Shown here: positions 36,701 to 49,500 of the stretch, one piece after another
How positions within the stretch are numbered: the stretch's first letter is position 1
How the letters are laid out: each line of letters begins with the position of its first letter
Origin: Eledone cirrhosa
Taxonomy: Eukaryota
Assembly: GCA_964016885.1 (NCBI GenBank)
Contig: OZ024742.1
Span: 368,900,001-368,964,000 of the forward strand
Reading direction: 5' to 3'
DNA: 64,000 nt
The notes under the pieces: model-generated
What the model saw: the letters and a program-made list of their open reading frames with translations, nothing else
The model's database searches: none
Told to the model about the DNA's origin: nothing
Program-made: the position numbers and the translations under genes

Positions 36701-39700
36701 TAATGTGGTGTATGTGTAGTTAATGTGGTGTATGTGTAGTTAATGTGGTGTGTGTGCGTAGTTAATGTGGTGTGCGTAGTTAATGTGGTGTGTGTGTAGT
36801 TAATGTGGTGTGTAGCTAATGTGGTGTGTTTAGTTAATGTGGTGTGTGTAGTTAATGTGGTGTGTGTGTAGTTAATGTGGTCTGTGTGTAGTTAATGTGG
36901 TGTATGTGTAGTTAATGTGGTGTATGTGTAGTTAATGTGGTGTGTGTGTAGTTAATGTGGTGTATGTGTAGTTAATGTGGTGTATGTGTAGTTAATGTGG
37001 AGTGTGTGTAGTTAATGTGGTGTATGTGTAGTTAATGTGGTGTGTGTGTAGTTAATGTGGTGTGTGTGTAGTTAATGTGGTGTGTGTAGTTAATGTGCTG
37101 TGTAGTTAATGTGCTGTGTGTAGTTAATGTGGTGTGGGTGTAGTTAATGTGGTGCGTGTAGTTAATGCGGTGTGTGTAGTTAGTGGTGTGTGTGTAGTTA
37201 ATGTGGTGTGTGTGTAGTTAATGTGGTGTGTGTGTAGTTAATGTAGTGTGTGTAGTTAATCTGGTGTGTGTATTTAATGTGGTGTGTAGTTAATGTGGTG
37301 TGTGTAGTTAATGTGGTGTGTGTAGTTAATGTGGTGTGTGTGTGTAGTTAATGTGGTGTGTAGTTAATGTGGTGTGTGTAGTTAATGTGGTGTGTGTAGT
37401 TAATGTGGTGTGTAGTTAATGTGGTGTGTGTGTAGTTAATGTGGTGTGTGTAGTTAATGTGGTGTGTGTAGTTAATGTGGTGTGTGTGTAGTTAATGTGG
37501 TGTGTAGTTAATGTGGTGTGTGTGTAGTTAATGTGGTGTGTGTAGTTAATGTGGTGTGTGTAGTTAATGTGGTGTGTGTGTAGTTAATGTGGTGTGTGTA
37601 GTTAATGTGGTGTGTGTAGTTAATGTGGTGTGTGTGTAGTTAATGTGGTGTGTGTAGTTAATGTGGTGTGTGTAGTTAATGTGGTGTGTGTGTAGTTAAT
37701 GTGGTGTGTGTAGTTAATGTGGTGTGTGTGTGTAGTTAATGTGTGTGTGTAGTTAATGTGGTGTGTGTGTAGTTAATGTGGTGTGTGTGTAGTTTGTGGT
37801 GTGTGTGTGTAGATAATGTGGTGTGTGTGTAGTTAATGTGGTGTGTGTGTAGCTAATGTGGTGTGTGTGTAGTTAAGGTGGTGTGTGTGTAGTTAATGTA
37901 GTGTGTGTGTAGTTAATGTAGTGTGTGTGTGTGTAGTTAATGCAGTGTGTGTAGTTAATGTGGTGTGTGTGAGTGTAGTTAATGCGGTGTGTGTAGTTAA
38001 TGTGGTGTGTGTAGTTAATGTGGTGTGTGTAGTTAATGTGGTGTGTGTAGCTAATGTGGTGTGTGTAGTTAATGCGGTGTGTGTGTAGTTAATGTGGTGT
38101 GTGTGTAGTTAATGTGGTGTCTGTAGTTAATGTGGTGTGTGTAGTTAATGTGGTGTGTGTAGTTAATGTGGTGTGTGTAGTTAATGTGGTGTGTGTAGTT
38201 AATGTGGTGTGTGTAGTTAATGTGGAGTGTGTAGTTAATGTGGTGTGTGTGTAGTTAATGTGGTGTGTAGTTAATGTGGTGTGTGTGTAGTTAATGTGGG
38301 GTGTGTGTGTAGATAATGTGGTGTGTGTGTAGTTAATGTGGTGTGTGTAGTTAATGCGGTGTGTGTAGTTAATGCGGTGTGTGTGTAGTTAATGTGGTGT
38401 GTGTAGTTAATGTGGTGTGTGTAGTTAATGTGGTGTGTGTGTAGTTAATGTGGTGTGTGTAGTTAATGTGGTGTGTGTAGTTAATGTGGTGTGTGTGTAG
38501 TTAATGTGGTGTGTGTGTAGTTAATGTGGTGTGTGTGTAGTTAATGTGGTGTGTGTAGTTAATGTGGTGTGTGTAGTTAATGTGGTGTGTAGTTAATGTG
38601 GTGTGTGTGTAGTTAATGTGGTGTGTGTGTGTAGTTAATGTGGTGTGTGTAGTTAATGTGGTGTGTGTAGTTAATGTGGTGTGTGTGTAGTTAATGTGGT
38701 GTGTGTGTAGTTAATGTGGTGTGTGTAGTTAATGTGGTGTGTGTAGTTAATGTGGTGTGTGTAGTTAATGTGGTCTGTGTAGTTAATGTGGTGTGTGTGT
38801 GTAGTTAATGTGGTGTGTGTAGTTAATGTGGTGTGTGTGTAGTTAATGTGGTGTGTGTGTGTAGTTAATGTGGTGTGTGTAGTTAATGTGGTGTGTGTAG
38901 TTAATGTGGTGTGTGTAGTTAATGTGGTGTGTGTAGTTAATGTGGTGTGTGTAGTTAATGTGGTGTGTGTGTAGTTAATGTGGTGTGTGTGTAGTTAATG
39001 TGGTGTGTGTGTAGTTAATGTGGTGTGTGTAGTTAATGTGGTGTGTGTAGTTAATGTGGTGTGTGTAGTTAATGTGGTGTGTGTGTAGTTAATGTGGTGT
39101 GTGTAGTTAATGTGGTGTGTGTAGTTAATGTGGTGTGTGTGTAGTTAATGTGGTGTGTGTAGTTAATGTGGTGTGTGTAGTTAATGTGGTGTGTGTAGTT
39201 AATGTGGTCTGTGTAGTTAATGTGGTCTGTGTAGTTAATGTGGTGTGTGTGTGTAGTTAATGTGGTGTGTGTGTAGTTAATGTGGTGTGTGTGTGTAGTT
39301 AATGTGGTGTGTGTAGTTAATGTGGTGTGTGTAGTTAATGTGGTGTGTGTGTAGTTAATGTGGTGTGTGTAGTTAATGTGGTCTGTGTGTAGTTAATGTG
39401 GTGTGTGTAGTTAATGTGGTGTGTGTAGTTAATGTGGTGTGTGTAGTTAATGTGGTGTGTGTGTAGTTAATGTAGTGTGTAGTTAATGTGGTGTGTGTAG
39501 TTAATGTGGTGTGTGTGTGTAGTTAATGTGGTGTGTGTGTAGTTAATGTGGTGTGTGTGTAGTTAATGTGGTGTGTAGTTAATGTGGTGTGTGTGTGTAG
39601 TTAATGTAGTGTGTAGTTAATGTGGTGTGTGTGTAGTTAATGTGGTGTGTGTGTAGTTAATGTAGTGTGTGTAGTTAATCTGGTGTGTATTTAATGTGGT

Positions 39701-42180
39701 GTGTAGTTAATGTGGTGTGTGTAGTTAATGTGGTGTGTGTAGTTAATGTGGTGTGTGTGTGTAGTTAATGTGGTCTGTAGTTAATGTGGTGTGTGTAGTT
39801 AATTTGGTGTGTAGTTAATGTGGTGTGTGTGTAGTTAATGTGGTGTGTGTAGTTAATGTGGTGTGTGTAGTTAATGTGGTGTGTGTGTAGTTAATGTGGT
39901 GTGTAGTTAATGTGGTGTAGTTAATGTGGTGTGTGTGTAGTTAATGTGGTGTGTGTAGTTAATGTGGTGTGTGTAGTTAATGTGGTGTGTGTGTAGTTAA
40001 TGTGGTGTGTGTAGTTAATGTGGTGTGTGTGTAGTTAATGTGGTGTGTGTAGTTAATGTGGTGTGTGTGTAGTTAATGTGTGTGTGTAGTTAATGTGGTG
40101 TGTGTGTAGTTAATGTGGTGTGTGTGTAGTTTATGTGGTGTGTGTGTGTAGATAATGTGGTGTGTGTGTAGTTAATGTGGTGTGTGTGTAGCTAATGTGG
40201 TGTGTGTGTAGTTAAGGTGGTGTGTGTGTAGTTAATGTAGTGTGTGTGTAGTTAATGTAGTGTCTGTGTGTGTAGTTAATGCGGTGTGTGTAGTTAATGT
40301 GGTGTGTGTGTGTGTGAGTGTAGTTAATGCGGTGTGTGTAGTTAATGTGGTGTGTGTGTAGTTAATGTGGTGTGTGTAGTTAATGTGGTGTGTGTAGTCA
40401 ATGTGGTGTGTGTAGTTAATGTGGTGTGTGTAGTTAATGTGGAGTGTGTGTAGTTAATGTGGAGTGTGTAGTTAATGTGGTGTGTGTGTAGTTAATGTGG
40501 TGTGTAGTTAATGTGGTGTGTGTGTGTAGATAATGTGGTGTGTGTAGTTAATGTGGTGTGTGTAGTTAATGCGGTGTGTGTGTAGTTAATGCGGTGTGTG
40601 TGTAGTTAATGTGGTGTGTGTGTAGTTAATGTGGTGTGTGTAGTTAATGTGGTGTGTGTAGTTAATGTGGTGTGTGTGTAGTTAATGTGGTGTGTGTAGT
40701 TAATGTGGTGTGTGTAGTTAATGTGGTGTGTGTGTAGTTAATGTGGTGTGTGTAGTTAATGTGGTGTGTGTAGTTAATGTGGTGTGTAGTTAATGTGGTG
40801 TGTGTGTAGTTAATGTGGTGTGTGTGTAGTTAATGTGGTGTGTGTAGTTAATGTGGTGTGTGTAGTTAATGTGGTGTGTGTAGTTAATGTGGTGTGTGTG
40901 TAGTTAATGTGGTGTGTGTAGTTAATGTGGTGTGTGTAGTTAATGTGGTGTGTGTAGTTAATGTGGTGTGTGTAGTTAATGTGGTCTGTGTAGTTAATGT
41001 GGTGTGTGTGTGTAGTTAATGTGGTGTGTGTAGTTAATGTGGTGTGTGTGTAGTTAATGTGGTGTGTGTGTAGTTAATGTGGTGTGTGTGTGTAGTTAAT
41101 GTGGTGTGTGTAGTTAATGTGGTGTGTGTAGTTAATGTGGTGTGTGTAGTTAATGTGGTGTGTGTAGTTAATGTGGTGTGTGTAGTTAATGTGGTGTGTG
41201 TGTAGTTAATGTGGTGTGTGTGTAGTTAATGTGGTGTGTGTAGTTAATGTGGTGTGTGTAGTTAATGTGGTGTGTGTAGTTAATGTGGTATGTGTGTAGT
41301 TAATGTGGTGTGTGTAGTTAATGTGGTGTGTGTAGTTAATGTGGTGTGTGTAGTTAATGTGGTGTGTGTAGTTAATGTGGTGTGTGTAGTTAATGTGGTG
41401 TGTGTAGTTAATGTGGTGTGTGTAGTTAATGTGGTCTGTGTAGTTAATGTGGTGTGTGTGTGTAGTTAATGTGGTGTGTGTGTAGTTAATGTGGTGTGTG
41501 TGTGTAGTTAATGTGGTGTGTGTAGTTAATGTGGTGTGTGTAGTTAATGTGGTGTGTGTGTAGTTAATGTGGTGTGTGTAGTTAATGTGGTCTGTGTGTA
41601 GTTAATGTGGTGTGTGTAGTTAATGTGGTGTGTGTAGTTAATGTGGTGTGTGTAGTTAATGTGGTGTGTGTGTGTAGTTAATGTAGTGTGTAGTTAATGT
41701 GGTGTGTGTAGTTAATGTGGTGTGTGTAGTTAATGTGGTGTGTGTGTAGTTAATGTGGTGTGTGTGTGTAGTTAATGTGGTGTGTGTGTAGTTAATGTGG
41801 TGTGTGTAGTTAATGTGGTGTGTGTGTGTAGTTAATGTAGTGTGTAGTTAATGTGGTGTGTGTGTAGTTAATGTGGTGTGTGTAGTTAATGTGGTGTGTG
41901 TAGTTAATGTGGTCTGTGTAGTTAATGTGGTCTGTGTAGTTAATGTGGTGTGTGTGTAGTTAATGTGGTGTGTGTGTAGTTAATGTGGTGTGTGTGTAGT
42001 TAATGTGGTGTGTGTGTAGTTAATGTGGTGTGTGTAGTTAATGTGGTCTGTGTAGTTAATGTGGTGTGTGTGTGTAGTTAATGTGGTGTGTGTAGTTAAT
42101 GTGGTCTGTGTAGTTAATGTGGTGTGTGTAGTTAATGTGGTGTGTGTGTAGTTAATGTAGTGTGTAGTTAATGTGGTGTG
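33799..42180. repeat. 8.4-kb (GT)n-based satellite, unit mostly 18-22 bp
   Basis: Unit agttaatgtg(gt)n with variable dinucleotide number. Confidence 0.97.
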
Positions 42181-42403
42181 GTGGTATCCATACGTAACAT
42201 ACAGTGATATACACAGATACACACATGTAGACCACACACACCTGTTCACATTCATGTGTGTGTATGTACACCCCCGTCTCCCCTCCCCTCCTACCTGTAT
42301 GTACACCCCCATCTCCCCTCCCTTCCTAACTGTATGTACAACCACAGGTATTTACATGATTGATTTTTCAATTGATGTACATGTTGTCATGTCAACATCT
42401 TAC

Positions 42404-42441
42404 CTGCTTCAGCTATTCTGATGCAATCAGACAGTTGCTAC
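42404..42441 (-). other. candidate 38-bp non-coding 5'UTR exon of DENND4
   Basis: Minus strand reads tgtctctattcag|GTAGCAACTG...GCTGAAGCAG|gtaaga. Good acceptor and donor, same strand as DENND4 and upstream of it. Confidence 0.4.
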
Positions 42442-42537
42442 CTGAATAGAGACAGGTGGCATTTAATTGCTACATTCAAACACGCATCATTGAATCTACA
42501 CAAAACAAAATACAAAAACATCCTCTTCTAATCATTG

Positions 42538-43412
42538 CCATTACCACCACCACCACCACCACCACCACAACCACCACCATCACCACCGCCATCACTATCA
42601 CCACCACCACCACCACCACAACCACCACCACAACCACCACCGCCATCACCACCACAACCACTACCATCACCACCGCCATCACCATCACCACCACCACCAC
42701 CATCACAGCCATCACCACCATCACCACCACCACCATCACAACCATCATCACCATCACCACCACCATCATCATCATCACAACCATTACCACAACAACCAAC
42801 AACACCACCATCATCATGACAACCATCACCATCATCATCATCACAACCATCACCACCACCATAACATCCATCACCATCATGACCACCACCACCATTACTA
42901 TCATAACATCCATCACCATCACTGTCATCACCATCATAACATCCATCATCACCACCACTATCATCACCACCACCACTATCATCACCACCACCACTATCAT
43001 CACCACCACCACACATCATCACCACCACTACCACTACCATCACTACCACCACCACCATCATCACCACCATCACCATTACCACCACCATTACCACCACTAC
43101 CACCACCATTACCACCACCATTACCACCACCATCACCACCACCACCATCACCACCACTACCACCACCATTACCACCACCACCACCATTACCACCACCACC
43201 ACCACCATCATCACCACCATCACCATTACCACCACTACCACCACCACCACCATTACCATTACCACCACTACAACCACCATCACCACCACCATCATAACAT
43301 CCATCACCACCACCACCATCACCATTACCATCTCCATCATAACATCCACCACTACCACCACCATCACCATTACCACCACCACCATCACCACCATTGTCAT
43401 CATCATCATCAT
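42538..43412. repeat. (ACC/ATC)n triplet repeat
   Basis: Direct reading; it explains the poly-T/H/P ORFs. Confidence 0.95.
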
Positions 43413-43509
43413 ACGTTTGTTTTCCACACCAATTTTAATAAATTTCTTAACAGGTAGTACATTTCAGAATAAAGATAAAGTACAGCAGATTAGTAAGATT
43501 GTTAAACAG

Positions 43510-46500
43510 AGTCCACCCTGGAAGGTGGTAGGACAGGTGCCCTGACAAAGATCACCCAGTCCATCCTGGAAGGTGGTAGTACAGGTGCCCTGACAAAGAT
43601 CACCCAGTCCACCCTGGAAGGTGGTAGGACAGGTGCCCTGACAAAGATCACCCAGTCCACCCTGGAAGGTGGTAGTACAGCTGCCCTGACAAAGATCACC
43701 CAGTCCACCCTGGAAGGTGGTAGGACAGCTGCCCTGACAAAGATCACCCAGTCCACCCTGGAAGGTGGTAGGACAGGTGCCCTGACAAAGATCACCCAGT
43801 CCACCCTGGAAGGTGGTAGTACAGCTGCCCTGACAAAGATCACCCAGTCCACCCTGGAAGGTGGTAGTACAGCTGCCCTGACAAAGATCACCCAGTCCAC
43901 CCTGGAAGGTGGTAGGACAGCTGCCCTGACAAAGATCACCCAGTCCACCCTGGAAGGTGGTAGTACAGCTGCCCTGACAAAGATCACCCAGTCCACCCTG
44001 GAAGGTGGTAGGACAGGTGCCCTGACAAAGATCACCCAGTCCACCCTGGAAGGTGGTAGTACAGCTGCCCTGACAAAGATCACCCAGTCCACCCTGGAAG
44101 GTGGTAGGACAGGTGCCCTGACAAAGATCACCCAGTCCACCCTGGAAGGTGGTAGGACAGGTGCCCTGACAAAGATCACCCAGTCCACCCTGGAAGGTGG
44201 TAGGACAGCTGCCCTGACAAAGATCACCCAGTCCACCCTGGAAGGTGGTAGGACAGGTGCCCTGACAAAGATCACCCAGTCCACCCTGGAAGGTGGTAGG
44301 ACAGGTGCCCTGACAAAGATCACCCAGTCCACCCTGGAAGGTGGTAGTACAGGTGCCCCGACAAAGATCACCCAGTCCACCCTGGAAGGTGGTAGGACAG
44401 CTGCCCTGACAAAGATCACCCAGTCCACCCTGGAAGGTGGTAGGACAGCTGCCCTGACAAAGATCACCCAGTCCACCCTGGAAGGTGGTAGTACAGCTGC
44501 CCTGACAAAGATCACCCAGTCCACCCTGGAAGGTGGTAGGACAGCTGCCCTGACAAAGATCACCCAGTCCACCCTGGAAGGTGGTAGTACAGCTGCCCTG
44601 ACAAAGATCACCCAGTCCACCCTGGAAGGTGGTAGTACAGGTGCCCTGACAAAGATCACCCAGTCCACCCTGGAAGGTGGTAGGACAGCTGCCCTGACAA
44701 AGATCACCCAGTCCACCCTGGAAGGTGGTAGGACAGGTGCCCTGACAAAGATCACCCAGTCCACCCTGGAAGGTGGTAGTACAGGTGCCCTGACAAAGAT
44801 CACCCAGTCCACCCTGGAAGGTGGTAGTACAGGTGCCCTGACAAAGATCACCCAGTCCATCCTGGAAGGTGGTAGTACAGGTGCCCTGACAAAGATCACC
44901 CAGTCCACCCTGGAAGGTGGTAGGACAGGTGCCCTGACAAAGATCACCCAGTCCACCCTGGAAGGTGGTAGTACAGGTGCCCTGACAAAGATCACCCAGT
45001 CCATCCTGGAAGGTGGTAGGACAGGTGCCCTGACAAAGATCACCCAGTCCACCCTGGAAGGTGGTAGGACAGGTGCCCTGACAAAGATCACCCAGTCCAC
45101 CCTGGAAGGTGGTAGGACAGGTGCCCTGACAAAGATCACCCAGTCCACCCTGGAAGGTGGTAGTACAGGTGCCCTGACAAAGATCACCCAGTCCATCCTG
45201 GAAGGTGGTAGTACAGGTGCCCTGACAAAGATCACCCAGTCCACCCTGGAAGGTGGTAGGACAGGTGCCCTGACAAAGATCACCCAGTCCACCCTGGAAG
45301 GTGGTAGGACAGGTGCCCTGACAAAGATCACCCAGTCCACCCTGGAAGGTGGTAGGACAGCTGCCCTGACAAAGATCACCCAGTCCACCCTGGAAGGTGG
45401 TAGGACAGCTGCCCTGACAAAGATCACCCAGTCCACCCTGGAAGGTGGTAGGACAGCTGCCCTGACAAAGATCACCCAGTCCACCCTGGAAGGTGGTAGG
45501 ACAGCTGCCCTGACAAAGATCACCCAGTCCACCCTGGAAGGTGGTAGGACAGGTGCCCTGACAAAGATCACCCAGTCCACCCTGGAAGGTGGTAGGACAG
45601 CTGCCCTGACAAAGATCACCCAGTCCACCCTGGAAGGTGGTAGTACAGGTGCCCTGACAAAGATCACCCAGTCCACCCTGGAAGGAGCTAGTACAGCTGC
45701 CCTGACAAAGATCACCCAGTCCATCCTGGAAGGTGGTAGGACAGCTGCCCTGACAAAGATCACCCAGTCCACCCTGGAAGGTGGTAGGACAGCTGCCCTG
45801 ACAAAGATCACCCAGTCCACCCTGGAAGGTGGTAGTACAGGTGCCCTGACAAAGATCACCCAGTCCACCCTGGAAGGTGGTAGTACAGCTGCCCTGACAA
45901 AGATCACCCAGTCCATCCTGGAAGGTGGTAGGACAGCTGCCCTGACAAAGATCACCCAGTCCATCCTGGAAGGTGGTAGGACAGGTGCCCTGACAAAGAT
46001 CACCCAGTCCACCCTGGAAGGTGGTAGGACAGCTGCCCTGACAAAGATCACCCAGTCCATCCTGGAAGGTGGTAGGACAGGTGCCCTGACAAAGATCACC
46101 CAGTCCACCCTGGAAGGTGGTAGGACAGCTGCCCTGACAAAGATCACCCAGTCCATCCTGGAAGGTGGTAGGACAGGTGCCCTGACAAAGATCACCCAGT
46201 CCACCCTGGAAGGTGGTAGGACAGCTGCCCTGACAAAGATCACCCAGTCCATCCTGGAAGGTGGTAGTACAGGTGCCCTGACAAAGATCACCCAGTCCAC
46301 CCTGGAAGGTGGTAGGACAGGTGCCCTGACAAAGATCACCCAGTCCACCCTGGAAGGTGGTAGGACAGCTGCCCTGACAAAGATCACCCAGTCCATCCTG
46401 GAAGGTGGTAGGACAGGTGCCCTGACAAAGATCACCCAGTCCACCCTGGAAGGTGGTAGTACAGGTGCCCTGACAAAGATCACCCAGTCCACCCTGGAAG

Positions 46501-49500
46501 GTGGTAGTACAGCTGCCCTGACAAAGATCACCCAGTCCACCCTGGAAGGTGGTAGGACAGGTGCCCTGACAAAGATCACCCAGTCCACCCTGGAAGGTGG
46601 TAGGACAGCTGCCCTGACAAAGATCACCCAGTCCACCCTGGAAGGTGGTAGTACAGGTGCCCTGACAAAGATCACCCAGTCCATCCTGGAAGGTGGTAGT
46701 ACAGGTGCCCTGACAAAGATCACCCAGTCCACCCTGGAAGGTGGTAGGACAGGTGCCCTGACAAAGATCACCCAGTCCACCCTGGAAGGTGGTAGTACAG
46801 GTGCCCTGACAAAGATCACCCAGTCCATCCTGGAAGGTGGTAGGACAGGTGCCCTGACAAAGATCACCCAGTCCACCCTGGAAGGTGGTAGGACAGCTGC
46901 CCTGACAAAGATCACCCAGTCCACCCTGGAAGGTGGTAGTACAGCTGCCCTGACAAAGATCACCCAGTCCACCCTGGAAGGTGGTAGGACAGGTGCCCTG
47001 ACAAAGATCACCCAGTCCACCCTGGAAGGTGGTAGTACAGGTGCCCTGACAAAGATCACCCAGTCCACCCTGGAAGGTGGTAGTACAGCTGCCCTGACAA
47101 AGATCACCCAGTCCACCCTGGAAGGTGGTAGGACAGGTGCCCTGACAAAGATCACCCAGTCCACCCTGGAAGGTGGTAGTACAGGTGCCCTGACAAAGAT
47201 CACCCAGTCCATCCTGGAAGGTGGTAGGACAGGTGCCCTGACAAAGATCACCCAGTCCACCCTGGAAGGTGGTAGGACAGCTGCCCTGACAAAGATCACC
47301 CAGTCCACCCTGGAAGGTGGTAGTACAGCTGCCCTGACAAAGATCACCCAGTCCACCCTGGAAGGTGGTAGGACAGGTGCCCTGACAAAGATCACCCAGT
47401 CCACCCTGGAAGGTGGTAGTACAGGTGCCCTGACAAAGATCACCCAGTCCATCCTGGAAGGTGGTAGGACAGGTGCCCTGACAAAGATCACCCAGTCCAC
47501 CCTGGAAGGTGGTAGGACAGGTGCCCTGACAAAGATCACCCAGTCCACCCTGGAAGGTGGTAGTACAGGTGCCCTGACAAAGATCACCCAGTCCATCCTG
47601 GAAGGTGGTAGGACAGGTGCCCTGACAAAGATCACCCAGTCCATCCTGGAAGGTGGTAGGACAGGTGCCCTGACAAAGATCACCCAGTCCACCCTGGAAG
47701 GTGGTAGGACAGGTGCCCTGACAAAGATCACCCAGTCCACCCTGGAAGGTGGTACACAGGTGCCCTGACAAAGATCACCCAGTCCACCCTGGAAGGTGGT
47801 AGTACAGCTGCCCTGACAAAGATCACCCAGTCCACCCTGGAAGGTGGTACACAGGTGCCCTGACAAAGATCACCCAGTCCACCCTGGAAGGTGGTACACA
47901 GCTGCCCTGACAAAGATCACCCAGTCCACCCTGGAAGGTGGTAGGACAGGTGCCCTGACAAAGATCACCCAGTCCACCCTGGAAGGTGGTAGTACAGGTG
48001 CCCTGACAAAGATCACCCAGTCCATCCTGGAAGGTGGTAGGACAGCTGCCCTGACAAAGATCACCCAGTCCACCCTGGAAGGTGGTAGTACAGCTGCCCT
48101 GACAAAGATCACCCAGTCCACCCTGGAAGGTGGTAGTACAGGTGCCCTGACAAAGATCACCCAGTCCACCCTGGAAGGTGGTAGGACAGCTGCCCTGACA
48201 AAGATCACCCAGTCCATCCTGGAAGGTGGTAGTACAGGTGCCCTGACAAAGATCACCCAGTCCACCCTGGAAGGTGGTAGGACAGGTGCCCTGACAAAGA
48301 TCACCCAGTCCATCCTGGGAGGTGGTAGGACAGGTGCCCTGACAAAGATCACCCAGTCCACCCTGGAAGGTGGTAGGACAGCTGCCCTGACAAAGATCAC
48401 CCAGTCCATCCTGGAAGGTGGTAGGACAGGTGCCCTGACAAAGATCACCCAGTCCACCCTGGAAGGTGGTAGGACAGCTGCCCTGACAAAGATCACCCAG
48501 TCCATCCTGGAAGGTGGTAGGACAGGTGCCCTGACAAAGATCACCCAGTCCACCCTGGAAGGTGGTAGTACAGGTGCCCTGACAAAGATCACCCAGTCCA
48601 CCCTGGAAGGTGGTAGTACAGCTGCCCTGACAAAGATCACCCAGTCCACCCTGGAAGGTGGTAGGACAGCTGCCCTGACAAAGATCACCCAGTCCATCCT
48701 GGAAGGTGGTAGGACAGGTGCCCTGACAAAGATCACCCAGTCCACCCTGGAAGGTGGTAGTACAGGTGCCCTGACAAAGATCACCCAGTCCACCCTGGAA
48801 GGTGGTAGTACAGGTGCCCTGACAAAGATCACCCAGTCCACCCTGGAAGGTGGTAGGACAGCTGCCCTGACAAAGATCACCCAGTCCATCCTGGAAGGTG
48901 GTAGTACAGGTGCCCTGACAAAGATCACCCAGTCCACCCTGGAAGGTGGTAGGACAGCTGCCCTGACAAAGATCACCCAGTCCATCCTGGAAGGTGGTAG
49001 GACAGGTGCCCTGACAAAGATCACCCAGTCCACCCTGGAAGGTGGTAGGACAGCTGCCCTGACAAAGATCACCCAGTCCATCCTGGAAGGTGGTAGGACA
49101 GGTGCCCTGACAAAGATCACCCAGTCCACCCTGGAAGGTGGTAGTACAGCTGCCCTGACAAAGATCACCCAGTCCACCCTGGAAGGTGGTAGGACAGGTG
49201 CCCTGACAAAGATCACCCAGTCCACCCTGGAAGGTGGTACACAGGTGCCCTGACAAAGATCACCCAGTCCATCCTGGAAGGTGGTAGGACAGCTGCCCTG
49301 ACAAAGATCACCCAGTCCACCCTGGAAGGTGGTAGGACAGCTGCCCTGACAAAGATCACCCAGTCCACCCTGGAAGGTGGTAGGACAGGTGCCCTGACAA
49401 AGATCACCCAGTCCACCCTGGAAGGTGGTAGGACAGCTGCCCTGACAAAGATCACCCAGTCCACCCTGGAAGGTGGTAGTACAGCTGCCCTGACAAAGAT

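Noticed and set aside
42456-43457. Thr/His-rich 333-aa ORF resembling a mucin or His-rich protein
   Set aside because: Translation of an (ACC/ATC)n repeat with no unique domain.
47844-49253. LTKITQSTLEGGR resembles RTE LSKTILQGTLEGGR
   Set aside because: Nucleotide continuity with the UTR module at the right edge explains the unit better; the peptide similarity is probably chance.
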